Shown one piece after another: positions 10,843 to 22,136 of a DNA stretch of 64,000 nucleotides (position 1 is its first letter; every line of letters starts with the position of its first letter). The DNA comes from Thecamonas trahens ATCC 50062. Lineage: Eukaryota > Protista > Apusomonadida. Both the position numbers and the translations under genes were made by a program. The stretch lies in the NCBI RefSeq assembly GCF_000142905.1, contig NW_013657663.1:124001-188000 (forward strand), read 5' to 3'. The notes below the pieces were generated by a model. The model worked only from the letters and a program-made list of their open reading frames with translations, did not search any database and was not told where the DNA came from.

Positions 10843-11438
10843 ATGGCTGCGCGTGCACTCTCGACGGTTGTCAAGCGGACAACGGGCATTGTTGGCCTGC
10901 CTGTGGCTCACAACGCCCAGAAGACCCTCACTGCCCTCTATGCCCAGACCCTCGAGGCTCTCGAGGCTCTCCCAGAGACCGCCCAGTACCGCGTCAATGT
11001 CGAGCAGATGACCCGCACCCGCCTCGACGCTGTCAAGAAGGCCACCTCGGTCCAGGAGCTCGAGGAGATGGTACGTCCTCCTCCATTCTTCCCCTTCCCT
11101 CTCCCTCCTCCTCTCTCTCTCGCTCTCTCTCTCTCTCTCCCCCCCCCCCCCCCCCACCCTTGCCGCTTTTCCTCTGCTGATCACCGCCAGCCTGATCACC
11201 ACCGCGCCGCCTCACCGCACGGCCTTTTCCTGAAGCAACTCACCCTCCCCGCACCCCGCCGCCCCCACCACTCTGGCCCTCCCCTCTCCGCACTGCAACA
11301 CTGCAACAGGTCAACGCTGGTCAGGTTGAGGAGCTCATTGTGGCTGCCAAGAACGAGCTCAAGCTCATCCCCAAGATCGCAGCCGGCAAGCCGTGGGAGA
11401 CGTCCAAGGCGTCCAAGCTGAACGTCGAGGTCATCTAG
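10843..11438 (+). CDS. NDUFA5: Complex I subunit NDUFA5 (B13), 118 aa; exons 10843-11070 and 11310-11438
   Basis: Motifs TTGIVGL, LY..TL..L..LP..A.YR..VE, then GQVEELI..A.NEL...KPWE. The GTACGT...CAG intron keeps the frame. Confidence 0.9.
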
Positions 11439-11636
11439 GCAACGAGCCAGACGTAGTTCTCGCGCCTGCGTGAACCGATAATGAAATACTTCCGAGCTGT
11501 GGAGATGCCCATGTAGTACGACCCACTCCACCCCACCCCCCCCCACCCCCACCACACACACACACGCGCGCCCATACACAAACCCCACATCGTTATTCAT
11601 ACACACATCGTGCCGGGATCGGCGGTCATGAGCTTG

Positions 11637-12863
11637 TCAATCGGTCTTGGCGCGGCCGGCAGCGGGCGGCGAGCCATCGATGGCCGAGACAATCGATGCC
11701 TCAAGCGAGGCGGCAAAGGCGTCGAGCGAAAACAAGTCCCGGACGCGCTGGCGGCCGGCGGCGCCCATGCGAGCGCAGAGTGCTCGGTCGGCCCAGAGCG
11801 TTCGCATCGCGTCAGCAAAGGCGGCCGGCTCCGGGGCGACGAGCAAGCCGGTCTCGCCGTCGACAATGGACTCGGTCGGCCCGCCCGAGGCGACGGCAAC
11901 GACAGGGCGCGAGGCGTACATGGCCTCGACAGGCACGATGCCAAAGTGCTCGTTGGACGGGGTGTAGAGGACAGCGACAGCAGCGTCAAAGTAGCGGTAC
12001 TTGTCATCGTTCGAGACCGAGGGCGCAAAGACGACGTCGGTGCCGATGTCGAGGCCGAGTTCAGTGGCCTGGGCATGGAGCTCGTCAAAGTACTCTGCGT
12101 TCTCGCGGTTGTTGGGATCGTAGCCGCCGGCGAGGACCAGCTGCGCGCCGCGCGCATCGGCGGCCATGAGCGCAAAGGCGGCGAGCGCGAGCTCGATGGC
12201 CTTCTTGCGCTCAAAGCGGTTGATAGAGAAGAACACCTTGTTGTTTGCAAGCTCTGAGCCGCTGCCGACGGCGGCGGCGGCGGCGGCGTCGATGGCCTGC
12301 ATGTTGATGGCCGGATAGAGGACGGCCGGCCGCGCAGTCATCGACGGGAAGGCCTCCATGACAGTGGCAGCGGTAAAGGCCGAGTTGACGAGCACCACGT
12401 CAGCAGCGCGCGTCGAGCGCTCCTCGAGCGCGTCCGCGACGGCGCGATACGCGATGCGCAGCGGCGACGACGAGCGCGAGGCCAGGAGCTTGTCCGGAAA
12501 GTGACAGTAGAAGACGACCGGGAGGCCAACGAGGCGGAAGGGCCACACCGCCGTGGCAAGCTGGTCGAGGAAGACCACATCCGGGCGCGGGTAGAAGATG
12601 ACCATGACCACGGCAGCGTAGAGCATCCGGAGTGTAACGCAGAGAATAGAGAACATGCCAAAGATCGATGACGGCAGCCAGCCGCCGACGACCCGGACGT
12701 CCAGCGAGCCATCGCGGGCCTCGGGGAAGCAGTGGCCCACGTCGCGGTGGTTGGTGTACATGGTCACCGCGTGGCCGCGGGCAAGCAGGCCCATGCCTGC
12801 GTCGATGACCAGCCGCTCGGCCCCGCCTACGCCGAGGTCGGGATGGAGGAATGCTATACGCAT
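11637..12863 (-). CDS. ALG2: Alpha-1,3/1,6-mannosyltransferase ALG2 (GT4)
   Basis: Motifs HPDLGVGGAERL, FYCHFPD, SINRFERKK, AGGYD and LYTPSNEHFGIVPVEAM. Confidence 0.95.
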   Translation of the reverse strand: MRIAFLHPDLGVGGAERLVIDAGMGLLARGHAVTMYTNHRDVGHCFPEARDGSLDVRVVGGWLPSSIFGMFSILCVTLRMLYAAVVMVIFYPRPDVVFLDQLATAVWPFRLVGLPVVFYCHFPDKLLASRSSSPLRIAYRAVADALEERSTRAADVVLVNSAFTAATVMEAFPSMTARPAVLYPAINMQAIDAAAAAAVGSGSELANNKVFFSINRFERKKAIELALAAFALMAADARGAQLVLAGGYDPNNRENAEYFDELHAQATELGLDIGTDVVFAPSVSNDDKYRYFDAAVAVLYTPSNEHFGIVPVEAMYASRPVVAVASGGPTESIVDGETGLLVAPEPAAFADAMRTLWADRALCARMGAAGRQRVRDLFSLDAFAASLEASIVSAIDGSPPAAGRAKTD

Positions 12864-13040
12864 ACTGAGGGTGGGGTGGGGTGGGGTGGGAGTGGGGTGG
12901 GGTGGGGTGGGGTGGGGTGGGGTGGGGACGAGTGGTTGGGAGGGAGGGGGGGGGGGGGGGGGGTAGGGGGGGAGGGGACGGCAAAGCCGTGGCTGAAGCT
13001 GTTGCTGCTGCTTGTACTACTTCCACTACTGCTACCACTC

Positions 13041-14486
13041 TTACTGCTGCTGCTGGTGCTGCTGGTGCTGCTGGTGCTGCTGATGGTGCTGATCGGCGTG
13101 TCCCTGCTGGTGCTGGACAAGGACACGGAGGGCGTCCATGACCTCGCGGTGCTCTGACTGGACGACGCGGCCCTGGTCCTCGACAAAGGTCAGGCGCTCT
13201 TCCATGATGCCCATGGTCGAGGTGAGGACGTCGAGCTGACGGACAATATGAGAGAGGTCGCGGCGGAGCTCGTCCGAGTACGTCTGCTCCTCGAGCGCCT
13301 CGGTGTGGGAAGCCGGCGCCTGGGCGTAGGCCGACGACGCCGACGACGGCGGCGGCGACGACGCGACCGGCGCGCGCTCGGCCGATGCGCCAGCCGGGAG
13401 CGAGGACCGGAAGGAGGCGTCGGCAGCAGAGGCCGCGACCGAGTGCGAGTCGAAGAGTGCAGGCGCGACGTCGACGGGCTCGTCGTCAAAGACCGGCGCG
13501 ACACGCGACTCGTCAAAGAGCGAGGCAGAAGCCGGAGGCGCGGCGGGAGCAGGCGCTGTAGACGGATAGGCGTCGGCAGCGTCGGCCCAAGCATCAAACG
13601 CGGTCCGCCAGACATGGACCTGCTTGTCGGCCGAGGCCGAGGCAAAGTACTCGCCGTCGCGCGAGAACGCGGCGCCACAGGTGGCAGACGTGTGCGAGTT
13701 GAGGGTAAAGAGGAGGAGGCCCTCGCGGAGGTCAAACATCCGCAGCGACGCATCCTCAGACGACGAGAGAAGCACGTTTCCGGAGGGGTGGAAGGCAACC
13801 GAGTTGACTGCGTCCGAGTGAGCCGAGTAGTGCTGGAAGAGCCTGTTCATGCGCAGATCGTAGAGCTGGACGGCGCCGTCGGACGAGCCGGTGGCCAGGC
13901 AGGTGCCGTCTGGGTGGAAGGCAACCGTGTTGACCGGAGCCGTGGCGTAAAAGGTGGAAGTGATAGCCTTGGAGCCGGCGTCGTAGAGCTTGACAGTCTT
14001 GTCGTCCGAGCCCGACGCCAGCAGCCGCGAGTCGGACGAGATAGCGGCGGAACGGACCCAGTTGGTATGGCCCTTGAATGAGGCCATGAACCGCTGGGTG
14101 GCAACATCCCACAGCTTGACGATCTTGTCGTCGCCAGCGGTGACCAGCGCCCGCGAGTCTGCCGAGAACGAGACCGAGCGGACCGACGAGGAGTGGGCCT
14201 TGAACACCGTCGATGAGCCGCGGACAGTGGGAATCCAAAGCCGGACAGTCGCGTCGCGCGAGGCCGACGCCACCAGCTGGCCCGACGGCGCAAAGTCCAC
14301 GTCCAGCACCGCAGCCTTGTGGCCCACAAACCGGAATGCCCGCATGTTGCGGCGGAACTGCCAGAGCATGACCGTCCCGTCGGCCGACGACGACGCCAGC
14401 TGCGACATGTCGGGCGCAAAGGCCACCGCAGTCGCCGTGTCGCGGTGCCCGCGGAACGCCCGCTCGAGGGTCGGGTCTTCAGACAT
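13041..14486 (-). CDS. POC1: Centriolar WD40 protein POC1 with C-terminal coiled coil and Q/H tail
   Basis: Begins MSEDPTLERAFRGH, has seven WD40 repeats, and the POC1 box HIVRQLDVLTSTMGIMEERLT. Confidence 0.92.
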   Translation of the reverse strand: MSEDPTLERAFRGHRDTATAVAFAPDMSQLASSSADGTVMLWQFRRNMRAFRFVGHKAAVLDVDFAPSGQLVASASRDATVRLWIPTVRGSSTVFKAHSSSVRSVSFSADSRALVTAGDDKIVKLWDVATQRFMASFKGHTNWVRSAAISSDSRLLASGSDDKTVKLYDAGSKAITSTFYATAPVNTVAFHPDGTCLATGSSDGAVQLYDLRMNRLFQHYSAHSDAVNSVAFHPSGNVLLSSSEDASLRMFDLREGLLLFTLNSHTSATCGAAFSRDGEYFASASADKQVHVWRTAFDAWADAADAYPSTAPAPAAPPASASLFDESRVAPVFDDEPVDVAPALFDSHSVAASAADASFRSSLPAGASAERAPVASSPPPSSASSAYAQAPASHTEALEEQTYSDELRRDLSHIVRQLDVLTSTMGIMEERLTFVEDQGRVVQSEHREVMDALRVLVQHQQGHADQHHQQHQQHQQHQQQQ

Positions 14487-15129
14487 AGCTCCTCTCTGTG
14501 TTGTGTGCTGGGTAGGGGGGGGAGGAGGAGGAGGGGGGTAGGGGTGGTGGGCGGGCGAGGAGGGCGAGGAGTTGGGTGCTACCGGTCCGTGGCGGTGGTT
14601 GGCGGCGCGCAACCGATTTTGGCGCGCGGTTTTGGGCCGACCGAAGCAAGTTGGGTCGTCCCGAGGCGCTGCCACACACACGGCGGGGCAAAGGTAGCTG
14701 AGCCAGTGGGATTGAGCTGGGCGATGCATGAGAGCTTACGTAGGTGCAGGTGAGCTTGGGCTGGTGCCATCGGCTGCAACAAGGTTGAGTGGACCGGGAT
14801 CGGGACCGGGCATTGTGGCCAGGTGAGGCGGAATAGTAGAGCAGCGGGAGGTGATGCACTTGGATAGGACTTGACGGGCGGCAGCAAGCGCTGGACGGCG
14901 ATGGGTAGCGTATGGGTAGCATATGGGTAGTCGATGGGCTGCAAGCTAGCGGCCAGTATTTGCATATCGCGTCGGAAAGCACTCTGACGCCGGGCGGACA
15001 CCGATGCGTTCGCGCGCGCGCCAAATCGCCATACGCCCGCCCAACGCTAACCTCCGCCCCTCCCTCGGCCCACCCCCACCGCCACAGCCACCGCCACCCC
15101 TCTGCACAGCACCACACGAGGCTCACGAG

Positions 15130-16021
15130 ATGGGACGCAAGCGGCAGAAGAAGCGTGGACGGCGCGGACAGCAGCAGCAGCAACAGCAGAGGCAGAAGAA
15201 GAAGGGCGCCGACGTCGCCCCGGTCGCCCAGGACGCCACACCCGCGCCCGTGGTCGAGGAGGAGGTCATGCCCGAGCCCGAGTACCTGTCGGCAGAGGTG
15301 GTGGTACGTGTAGAGGCGGAGAGAGGGGGGAGGAGGGGGGAGGGCCAGAGCAGAGGCGCAAACTCACTTGTTTGGGCACGGGCGGAGACAGAACGCCATC
15401 GACTGGTCCGACTACGATGTGGAGAAGCTCGACAGCGAGTTCTGGGTCGCGGTGGCTGCCTTTGAGCTCCGTAATCACGGATCGACCGATCTGGGGCATC
15501 TGGCTGATCGTGCTGGAGTCATCAACGCAGAGTACGCAGAGGCACGGGCAGCCAAGGACGCTGAGCGCGCCGCGCAGTGGGCTGCTATCCAGAGTGCCGC
15601 CGACAAGATCAAAAACCCGAACCGCGGCAAAGACGCTGCAGAGACTGATGCAGAGACTGATGCAGAGACTGATGCAGAGCCTGGCGCTGACGACGCCGAG
15701 CCTGCCTCCGAGTCTGACCCCGTGGCCGAGCCTGCCTCCGAGTCTGACCCCGTGGCCGAGCCTGCCTCCGAGTCTGACCCCGTGGTCGAGGCCGTGGCCG
15801 AACCCGAGCCAAAGCCAAAGCTCGAGCCCGAGCCCGAGTTCGAACACATCCAGACGGCCCTCGATCAGACCTCAGACGCGCCCGTGGATCAGAGCCCGGC
15901 TTCGCCGAAGCGCACGCCGCTGACACTCGATGTCAGCGGCGCAGACTCGGCGGCAACGGTCGATGGCGAGGAGGATGATCCCGAATCAATCGGCCTCCCA
16001 TCGCCGCACTCGAGCGAGTAA
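15130..16021 (+). CDS. Uncharacterised protein with a basic/polyQ N-terminus and acidic repeats; exons 15130-15303 and 15392-16021
   Basis: The GTACGT donor at 15304, ACTCAC branch-like motif and CAG acceptor at 15391 join the two ORFs in frame. Codon usage looks coding. Confidence 0.65.
15698..15785 (+). repeat. 30-bp coding tandem repeat, about 3 copies (EPASESDPVA)
   Basis: gagcctgcctccgagtctgaccccgtggcc is repeated directly. Confidence 0.85.
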
Positions 16022-16364
16022 GCCCTCGTACGACGACGCCATCCTTCCGCTTTGCAACAATACGTTTCACCACGGGCCGGGCCGGGTCCAGCAGTCGGCG
16101 TACTCGACCACGACTCGCACCCGTCGCTGGGCCTGAAGCCCGCGATGCGGGACAAGTCCCGCTATCCCCGCCGCTTCATCCATCGGCCAATGTCTAGCCG
16201 CTAAGCGCATTGCCTGATGAACACCGCACCAGCTGCCACTCCCCAAACTCCCATCGGCTGCGCCAGCCCGGCAGAGCTGCATGACCTGGCACGCACGCCC
16301 ACGATCCCATCCACCGCCACCTGCCACAGCCCCACCCCTCTCCCCTTTCCCCTCCCCCCAACCC

Positions 16365-17219
16365 ATGGACTGGCTTCACGAGAACACCCCCGGCGCGTCT
16401 GCGCTTGCTGGTGCGGCTGCTGCGGTGGCTGGCGTGGCTTCGCTCGCCTGGCTGCTTACCCGCCGTCAGACGGCCCGCCCGCCTGCCCTCGACCCGAAGC
16501 AGGCGCGTCCCCTGACGGTGGTGGCCACCCGCATGGTGACCCACAACGTGGTCGAGGTGGAGATCGCCCTGCCAGAAGAAGATGACGTGACGGGGCTGGC
16601 GCTGGGGCAGCACGTTGGCGTTGTGTACACCCCGCCGGACGCCACAGAGCCTGTCCGCAGGTCGTACACCCCCATCTCGCCGCTCTCGGCCACCGGCTCG
16701 TTCACTCTCGCCGTCAAGGTCTACCCGGACGGCGTCGTCTCGTCTATGCTCGCCAACCTCGACATCGGCGACACTGTCCTCATCCGTGGGCCTGTTGGCC
16801 GCTGGACGTACCCGACCAACGAGGTCCAGACCCTGGTCATGATTGCCGGTGGCTCCGGCATCACCCCGATGTTCCAGCTCCTCTCCGAGCTGCTCGACGC
16901 TCCGAGCCCGACCCGCCTGGTCCTTGTCTACGCCAACTCGACGCCAGAAGACGTCATCCTCTACCAGCACATTGTTGACCTTGCTCAGGCTTATCCCGAC
17001 AAGCTCGAAATCTCTCTCTGGGTCTCGCGCACCAGTCCGGGTGCCACCTGGGCCCACAACATCGGCCGCCTCAACGCTGCCCGCCTCGCCGCCGTACTCC
17101 CACCAGCGACAAGCCCGGGTGTCCTCATCACGTACTCCGGGCCGCCGTCGTTTAACAAGATGGTTGGCGACGCTGTCAAGGAGCTCGGCTTCAGACGGCC
17201 GCATGTCCATCGCTTCTGA
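16365..17219 (+). CDS. NADH-cytochrome b5 reductase-like flavoprotein with an N-terminal membrane anchor
   Basis: Motifs GQH, RSYTP, GPVG, MIAGGSGITPM and LVYAN, plus SGPP in place of the canonical CGPP. Confidence 0.9.
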   Translation: MDWLHENTPGASALAGAAAAVAGVASLAWLLTRRQTARPPALDPKQARPLTVVATRMVTHNVVEVEIALPEEDDVTGLALGQHVGVVYTPPDATEPVRRSYTPISPLSATGSFTLAVKVYPDGVVSSMLANLDIGDTVLIRGPVGRWTYPTNEVQTLVMIAGGSGITPMFQLLSELLDAPSPTRLVLVYANSTPEDVILYQHIVDLAQAYPDKLEISLWVSRTSPGATWAHNIGRLNAARLAAVLPPATSPGVLITYSGPPSFNKMVGDAVKELGFRRPHVHRF

Positions 17220-17238
17220 GCGCATGTAGGGACGGACG

Positions 17239-19353
17239 TCACGACGACGGCGCGCCCACCCGCCGCCGTGACGCAGACGTGGTGCGGTTGCGGTTGCGCC
17301 GCGCCGGCATTGCTGTGCCGGCATCGCCCGCTTTGCCCGCCCGTCGGAATGGAAGGCGTGCCGGCTCGGCGGCCACCGCGTTGCGCACCGCCAGCGGCGG
17401 CCGCGACGCCGATGCCGACGTCGCCCGCGACCGGGTCCGCACAGGCTCCGGCCCGGACCGCGGCAGGCTCGGCGGCCTACTGCGTGCACTCGCCGCACTA
17501 GCCTCTCTCCGTTGTGCCGAGGCCGACCGGGTGCGCGCGGACCGCGGCTCGCGCGATGCCGACGCCGATCGCGACCGCGACCGCGAGTCGCGCCGCGGGC
17601 CCCTGGGCGGCCGCCCGGACGCTGCCGCCAGCGTTGTTGAAGCCGACCGCCGCAGCGGCGGCCGCGCTGCCGTTGGCGAGTGCGGCCGCGCCGCCTCAAC
17701 GCCAACCTCTTCGTAAATGGAAAAGTAGTCGTTGGAGAACGAGCCGAGGGCGTCGCCGTGGTCAGTAACGTCGCGGTTCGGGCTCATTGAGTGCTCGACC
17801 AGGAGCAGCGGCGCGCCGGCGTCGCGGTACGCAAGCGAGAGCACTTTCTTCCGCACAAGCATGGCGTAGACGCGAAGCATTGGGACCGCAATCGACGGAA
17901 AGCCATACACGGCCGCAATCCGCTTTGCGCGTGCCTGGTCAATGAGATTGGCCGACGCCGACGTCGGCGAGTCCTCGTCGCTCGGGTGCAGCTCGTCAAA
18001 CTCGAGGGCAGTCGCCGGGGAGGCAGGCACCGGTCGCCACTTGTCGAGTGCGTCGGCCGTGAGCGCCTCTTCGAGCGCCTCGCGCTCCCAGCCCATTTGA
18101 ACAAGTGCGTCGATGATGCCGTTGTCGAGTCCACCGCCACGCTGAGGGAGCTCAAGTTGTGGAAATGGCGGTTCGACCCACGACGCCGCAGGCGTACCAG
18201 CAAGCCACGGTGAGGCTGCCACGTCGCCGAGCGTGGCGCGGTGCGCCGGCCGCACAATCATGGCAGCGAGGAGGCGGCCGACATCCGTCTCGGCCTCGAT
18301 CGCTGGGTGTGGGTCAAGACGCCCGACGCTGGCGCGCTTGGCTCGTTCGGCAGTCACCTCGCGGCTCTTGCGCCCGGCCTTGGGAATCGAACCAAACGGG
18401 TCGCTTGCGGTGAGAAGGCCGTAGAGCGTGACACCCAGTGCGTACACGTCAACCTGCGGCCCGATGTACGGGCTAGCCCGGAGCAGTTCCGGCGCCATGA
18501 ACCGCGGCGTGCCGCAGCATCGAAAGAGCTCGGTTCCCGGAGTGTAGAACCGGGCAAAACCAAAGTCGCCGATCTTGACCCGCCCGCGCCCGTCAAGAAG
18601 GATGTTGCCCGGCTTGAGGTCGCGATGGACAATGCCGAGTGCGTGGACATACCTCATCGCTGCCACGATCTGGCCAAACACCGCTCGGGCCTCGTCCTCG
18701 CCCATCGGGCCTGTCTTCGCCAGCCGGGCTTGCAGCGAGCCGCCGGGGCAGTACTCAAGGACGAGACAGAGCTCCTTGCCGGCGTCGACTACATCGTACA
18801 GCCGCATGACATTCGGGTGATGGATGAGCCCATGGATCCGGAGCTCGCGAAAGAGCAGTGCCACATCCTCCTCGCCCAGTGCCGCCTTGTCCAGCACCTT
18901 GACTGCCACCTTTTCACCCGTAAAGTCGTGCCGTCCCAGACGCACATGACCAAACTTGCCCTTGCCCAGCGTCTCGGTCAGCGAGTAGTAGCCGACCCGC
19001 GAGACGGTGCCTGTTGCCCCCCTCCCCCACCAAGCACCACGCACCGGCCCCCATCCCGCCCGCATTGCCCGATGTAGCCCCCCACACCGTGATCAGATCC
19101 ATCCCATTCCCCCCCATCCCGCCCAGCACATGCCCAGCACACGTCCCGTCTGCGTCAGTGCCACACCCTTCGTCACGGCTGCGGAAGGTCGCCCATTGGC
19201 GCCAAGTGCCAACACCCGCCACCCCCCCACCCACACACACACACACACACATGTGCAACGCCATACCTTTGGAAAATGAGGGTTTGACTCTGCATACACC
19301 GCCACCACCTCGGGGTTGTCTTGGATGTATGACCAGAGAGTCTCTCCGTCCAT
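17239..19353 (-). CDS. CAMK-group (MARK/SIK/AMPK-like) Ser/Thr kinase with a UBA-like segment and an R/S/A-rich tail; 5' exon structure uncertain
   Basis: Motifs LGKGKFG, VAVK, HRDLKPGN, GDFG, CGTPRFMAPE and YIGPQVD. The main exon ends near 19010 (CAG acceptor). A candidate first exon 19353-19267 has a GTATGG donor, but I could not resolve the phase. Confidence 0.85.
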
Positions 19354-19722
19354 ATCGGGCAGTGTGTGTGTGATGTGCTAGTCAAAAGTCCTTGCACCAG
19401 GTGTGTGCCTTTTGCGCTTTCCCCCTTCTGCTCCTGCTCACGAACAGCACAGCCTTCCACGAGGAGACCGACAGAGAGGCTGAGCGACAGACCAAGCGAA
19501 CAACAGACAAGAACTCGGGTATGGTGACTTGAAGCGGTGGCACTCCTGCCTGTTGACCACGCTCACCGCTACTCTCTCTCTCTCTCTCTCAACTGCTGTA
19601 CAGTGACAGAGTTAGATGTGGTGGCTTGTGGTCTGTGGCTCGTATCTGCCTAGCATAGTCGCCCTCCCGTCTCTGGTCACCCCCGTTGCTCCGCTCCACT
19701 GTGTTCACGTTCTGGACTTGTG

Positions 19723-19822
19723 NNNNNNNNNNNNNNNNNNNNNNNNNNNNNNNNNNNNNNNNNNNNNNNNNNNNNNNNNNNNNNNNNNNNNNNNNNNNNN
19801 NNNNNNNNNNNNNNNNNNNNNN
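19723..19822. other. Assembly gap (100 N)
   Basis: Run of N. Confidence 0.99.
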
Positions 19823-19934
19823 GGCCTTTCTTAGCCGACCAACCAACCCGACCACCCCCCCCCCCCCACCCCCACCACACACACACACATATATATATAT
19901 ACACACGGGCACACGCGCACACACACACACATAC

Positions 19935-20001
19935 CATTCTCCACGTCATAGTCGTCATGGCCCTCCCGGTGGGTATTGCCTGTGAACGTGGGCGCGTCCA
20001 T
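19935..20001 (-). CDS. Putative first exon of a small gene interrupted by the gap (MDAPTFTGNTHREGHDDYDVEN)
   Basis: ATG at 20001, a GTATGT donor at 19934, then TG-repeat/G-rich intron-like sequence running into the gap. Confidence 0.35.
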
Positions 20002-20101
20002 GGCAGCGACAAGTGCGCAAGCGCCTGCGCCTGCGCCTGCCACGTCTTGGCTCCGCCTCGAGTTCCGAACCGGACGGTAGACTCTGGCAGCGAGCTGCGT
20101 G

Positions 20102-21640
20102 TTACTTGACGTCTGTGATGGCGGCATCCAGTGCAGAGAGAACGGCGGCATTGGTGGGTTTGGCAGAGAGGACGGTCCGCCGGATCGAGGATAGGGCCTC
20201 CGGGAGAGTCGAGAGGTATCGCGGCGCGTAGGAGGCGTGCTTGAGCGCAAAGAGCTTGAGCTTCCGGAGGCGCGACTTGAGAGCGTCCACCGGCTTGGTC
20301 GGGTCGACGATGAGCGCGTGTGCGGTGCGGACGACCCGGCGGAGCAGCCCGAGCCAGGTCGACGACGACGTGAGCGGCGCCAGGGTGTCGGAGGTGGCCG
20401 CTGCCACTCTCGGGAGCCACGCCGGCCACACGGCGGCCTCGGCAGGCTCCGAGGCCTGCGGATGGAGGGCTTGCGCAAGCGGGAGGGTGGGCGGAATGCG
20501 AAAGTCACTCGTCAGGATCGAGAACTTGACCACAGGGAGCACGCCATTCCCCTTGACGCACCACGCGAGCGCAAACCGGGTCGTGTTCGTCCCGACCGGC
20601 ACAAACGAGAGCAGAGCCACCAGGCTGTGTTTGTGCAGCGCCGAGTACAGCATGTTGAGCAGAATTGACGACCGCATGGTCTCCGCCGTCGCGTGCTGCC
20701 GGACCTCGCCTCCCATCGGGGCCCGAAGAGTGTGGACCGAGAGCACCGGCGCGCCAAAGACGTTGGCTGACGGCGCGTAACCCACCATCTTGAGCTCGCT
20801 CGGCAGCCCGCCGCCGAGCGCCGCCAGCGCCCGCCGCGACGACAGTACCGGATCCGGCAGCATCCGCACCGACATCCGCAGCCGCGGGTCCTTGCCCAGC
20901 GGGAGGATTCCGCTCCACGCCCGCATCTGTCGGTCGAGCAGTCGCTCGATTGTCACTTCAACCCGCGCCGGCTGCAGCGGCGGTGGAATGAACGTGAGAG
21001 AGCCTGGCAGCGCGCCGTGGAGCGCGCGCACAATCCGCGCCCCGTTGCTCTGCGCCTCGACCCCGACCCCGACCACGTGGACGTCAAGAAGCGACGAATT
21101 GAATGCCTCAAACGCCGTCACATGCATCAGCAGCGTGGCCACGATGCGCTGCATCTGCTCGGGTGCCACTTCGGCCATAGCCGGAAGCGGCAGCAGGAAG
21201 ATGACGTGAGTCACCAGCTGCTTCATCGCCGGTTTCGTCTCGAGCACCGCCGCCGACATGCTCAGCGACGCCACGATGCCGTTGACTGTGTTCTTGTGCA
21301 TCCTCTCGCCGTCATCGCCCATCGCCTCCGCACCTTCGCCTCCCGGCCGTGTGCCGCCTCCCGTCTCTGAAGCTGTAGACGGAGGAGGCGGCTCCGCCGC
21401 CTCGACCTTGACGACGGCCTCGCCTGCCGCACATCCTGCCGCCGGCTCTCCCGACGAATGAGCGCGAGCAGCCGCACCTTGAACAAAGCTCTGTTCCAGC
21501 CGCGGCTCACCCTCTGCGGAGACGCGGAGTGTGGCCACAAACTCCAGTGGGTGCTTGGCGTGCAGAGCGGCGACAGTGTGCTTGGCAGCCGCCGCCGCCG
21601 CGCCCGTCGGCTCCCACCCACACACCACCACGAACGGCAT
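20102..21640 (-). CDS. INTS14: Divergent Integrator subunit 14 (VWA9)-like protein
   Basis: Collinear similarity to INTS14 as I recall it: MPFVVV~MPTVVV, PLEFVA~KLEFTA, GAPVLSVH~SPPVLSRH, MLYSALHKHSLVAL~LLHGSLKVEGMVAI, RLRKLKLFA~RLRKAALA. Length is similar. Confidence 0.6.
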   Translation of the reverse strand: MPFVVVCGWEPTGAAAAAAKHTVAALHAKHPLEFVATLRVSAEGEPRLEQSFVQGAAARAHSSGEPAAGCAAGEAVVKVEAAEPPPPSTASETGGGTRPGGEGAEAMGDDGERMHKNTVNGIVASLSMSAAVLETKPAMKQLVTHVIFLLPLPAMAEVAPEQMQRIVATLLMHVTAFEAFNSSLLDVHVVGVGVEAQSNGARIVRALHGALPGSLTFIPPPLQPARVEVTIERLLDRQMRAWSGILPLGKDPRLRMSVRMLPDPVLSSRRALAALGGGLPSELKMVGYAPSANVFGAPVLSVHTLRAPMGGEVRQHATAETMRSSILLNMLYSALHKHSLVALLSFVPVGTNTTRFALAWCVKGNGVLPVVKFSILTSDFRIPPTLPLAQALHPQASEPAEAAVWPAWLPRVAAATSDTLAPLTSSSTWLGLLRRVVRTAHALIVDPTKPVDALKSRLRKLKLFALKHASYAPRYLSTLPEALSSIRRTVLSAKPTNAAVLSALDAAITDVK

Positions 21641-21902
21641 GTGCAGGAAGCTGAGGAATAGGCGGGGTTGGGTGGAAGGGGGATTGGGTGGAAGGGAATG
21701 GAAGGAGAGAGAGGTGGAGTGGAGGGAGGGGGGAGGGGAGGAGGGAGGAGAAAAAAAAACCGGGGCCCCCCCCCCCCATTCTGGTAATGGTGTTGGGGGA
21801 AAACCCTCCCCCCCCCCTTTGCCGAAGCTTATGCTAGAACGTAAACAATATTATTTGTCCTACAGATCTTGTTAAAAAGATTTTTTTTTTTTTAGAAGGC
21901 GG

Positions 21903-22002
21903 NNNNNNNNNNNNNNNNNNNNNNNNNNNNNNNNNNNNNNNNNNNNNNNNNNNNNNNNNNNNNNNNNNNNNNNNNNNNNNNNNNNNNNNNNNNNNNNNNN
22001 NN
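21903..22002. other. Assembly gap (100 N) with a low-quality left flank
   Basis: Run of N preceded by homopolymer-rich sequence. Confidence 0.99.
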
Positions 22003-22136
22003 CTATCTCTCCCTTCCGACCATGCGGCGAAACAGGCACTCGACCGCCCGTTCTCCGCTCCCCCCCCCCCCTCCCTACTCTCGCCATCAGCTCACTCTCC
22101 ACTTCTACTTCCCCTCCCCTCCCCTCCCTTCTCCAG

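Noticed and set aside
21650-21902. AT/homopolymer-rich stretch as a terminator or special element
   Set aside because: It abuts an N gap and looks like a low-quality read end.
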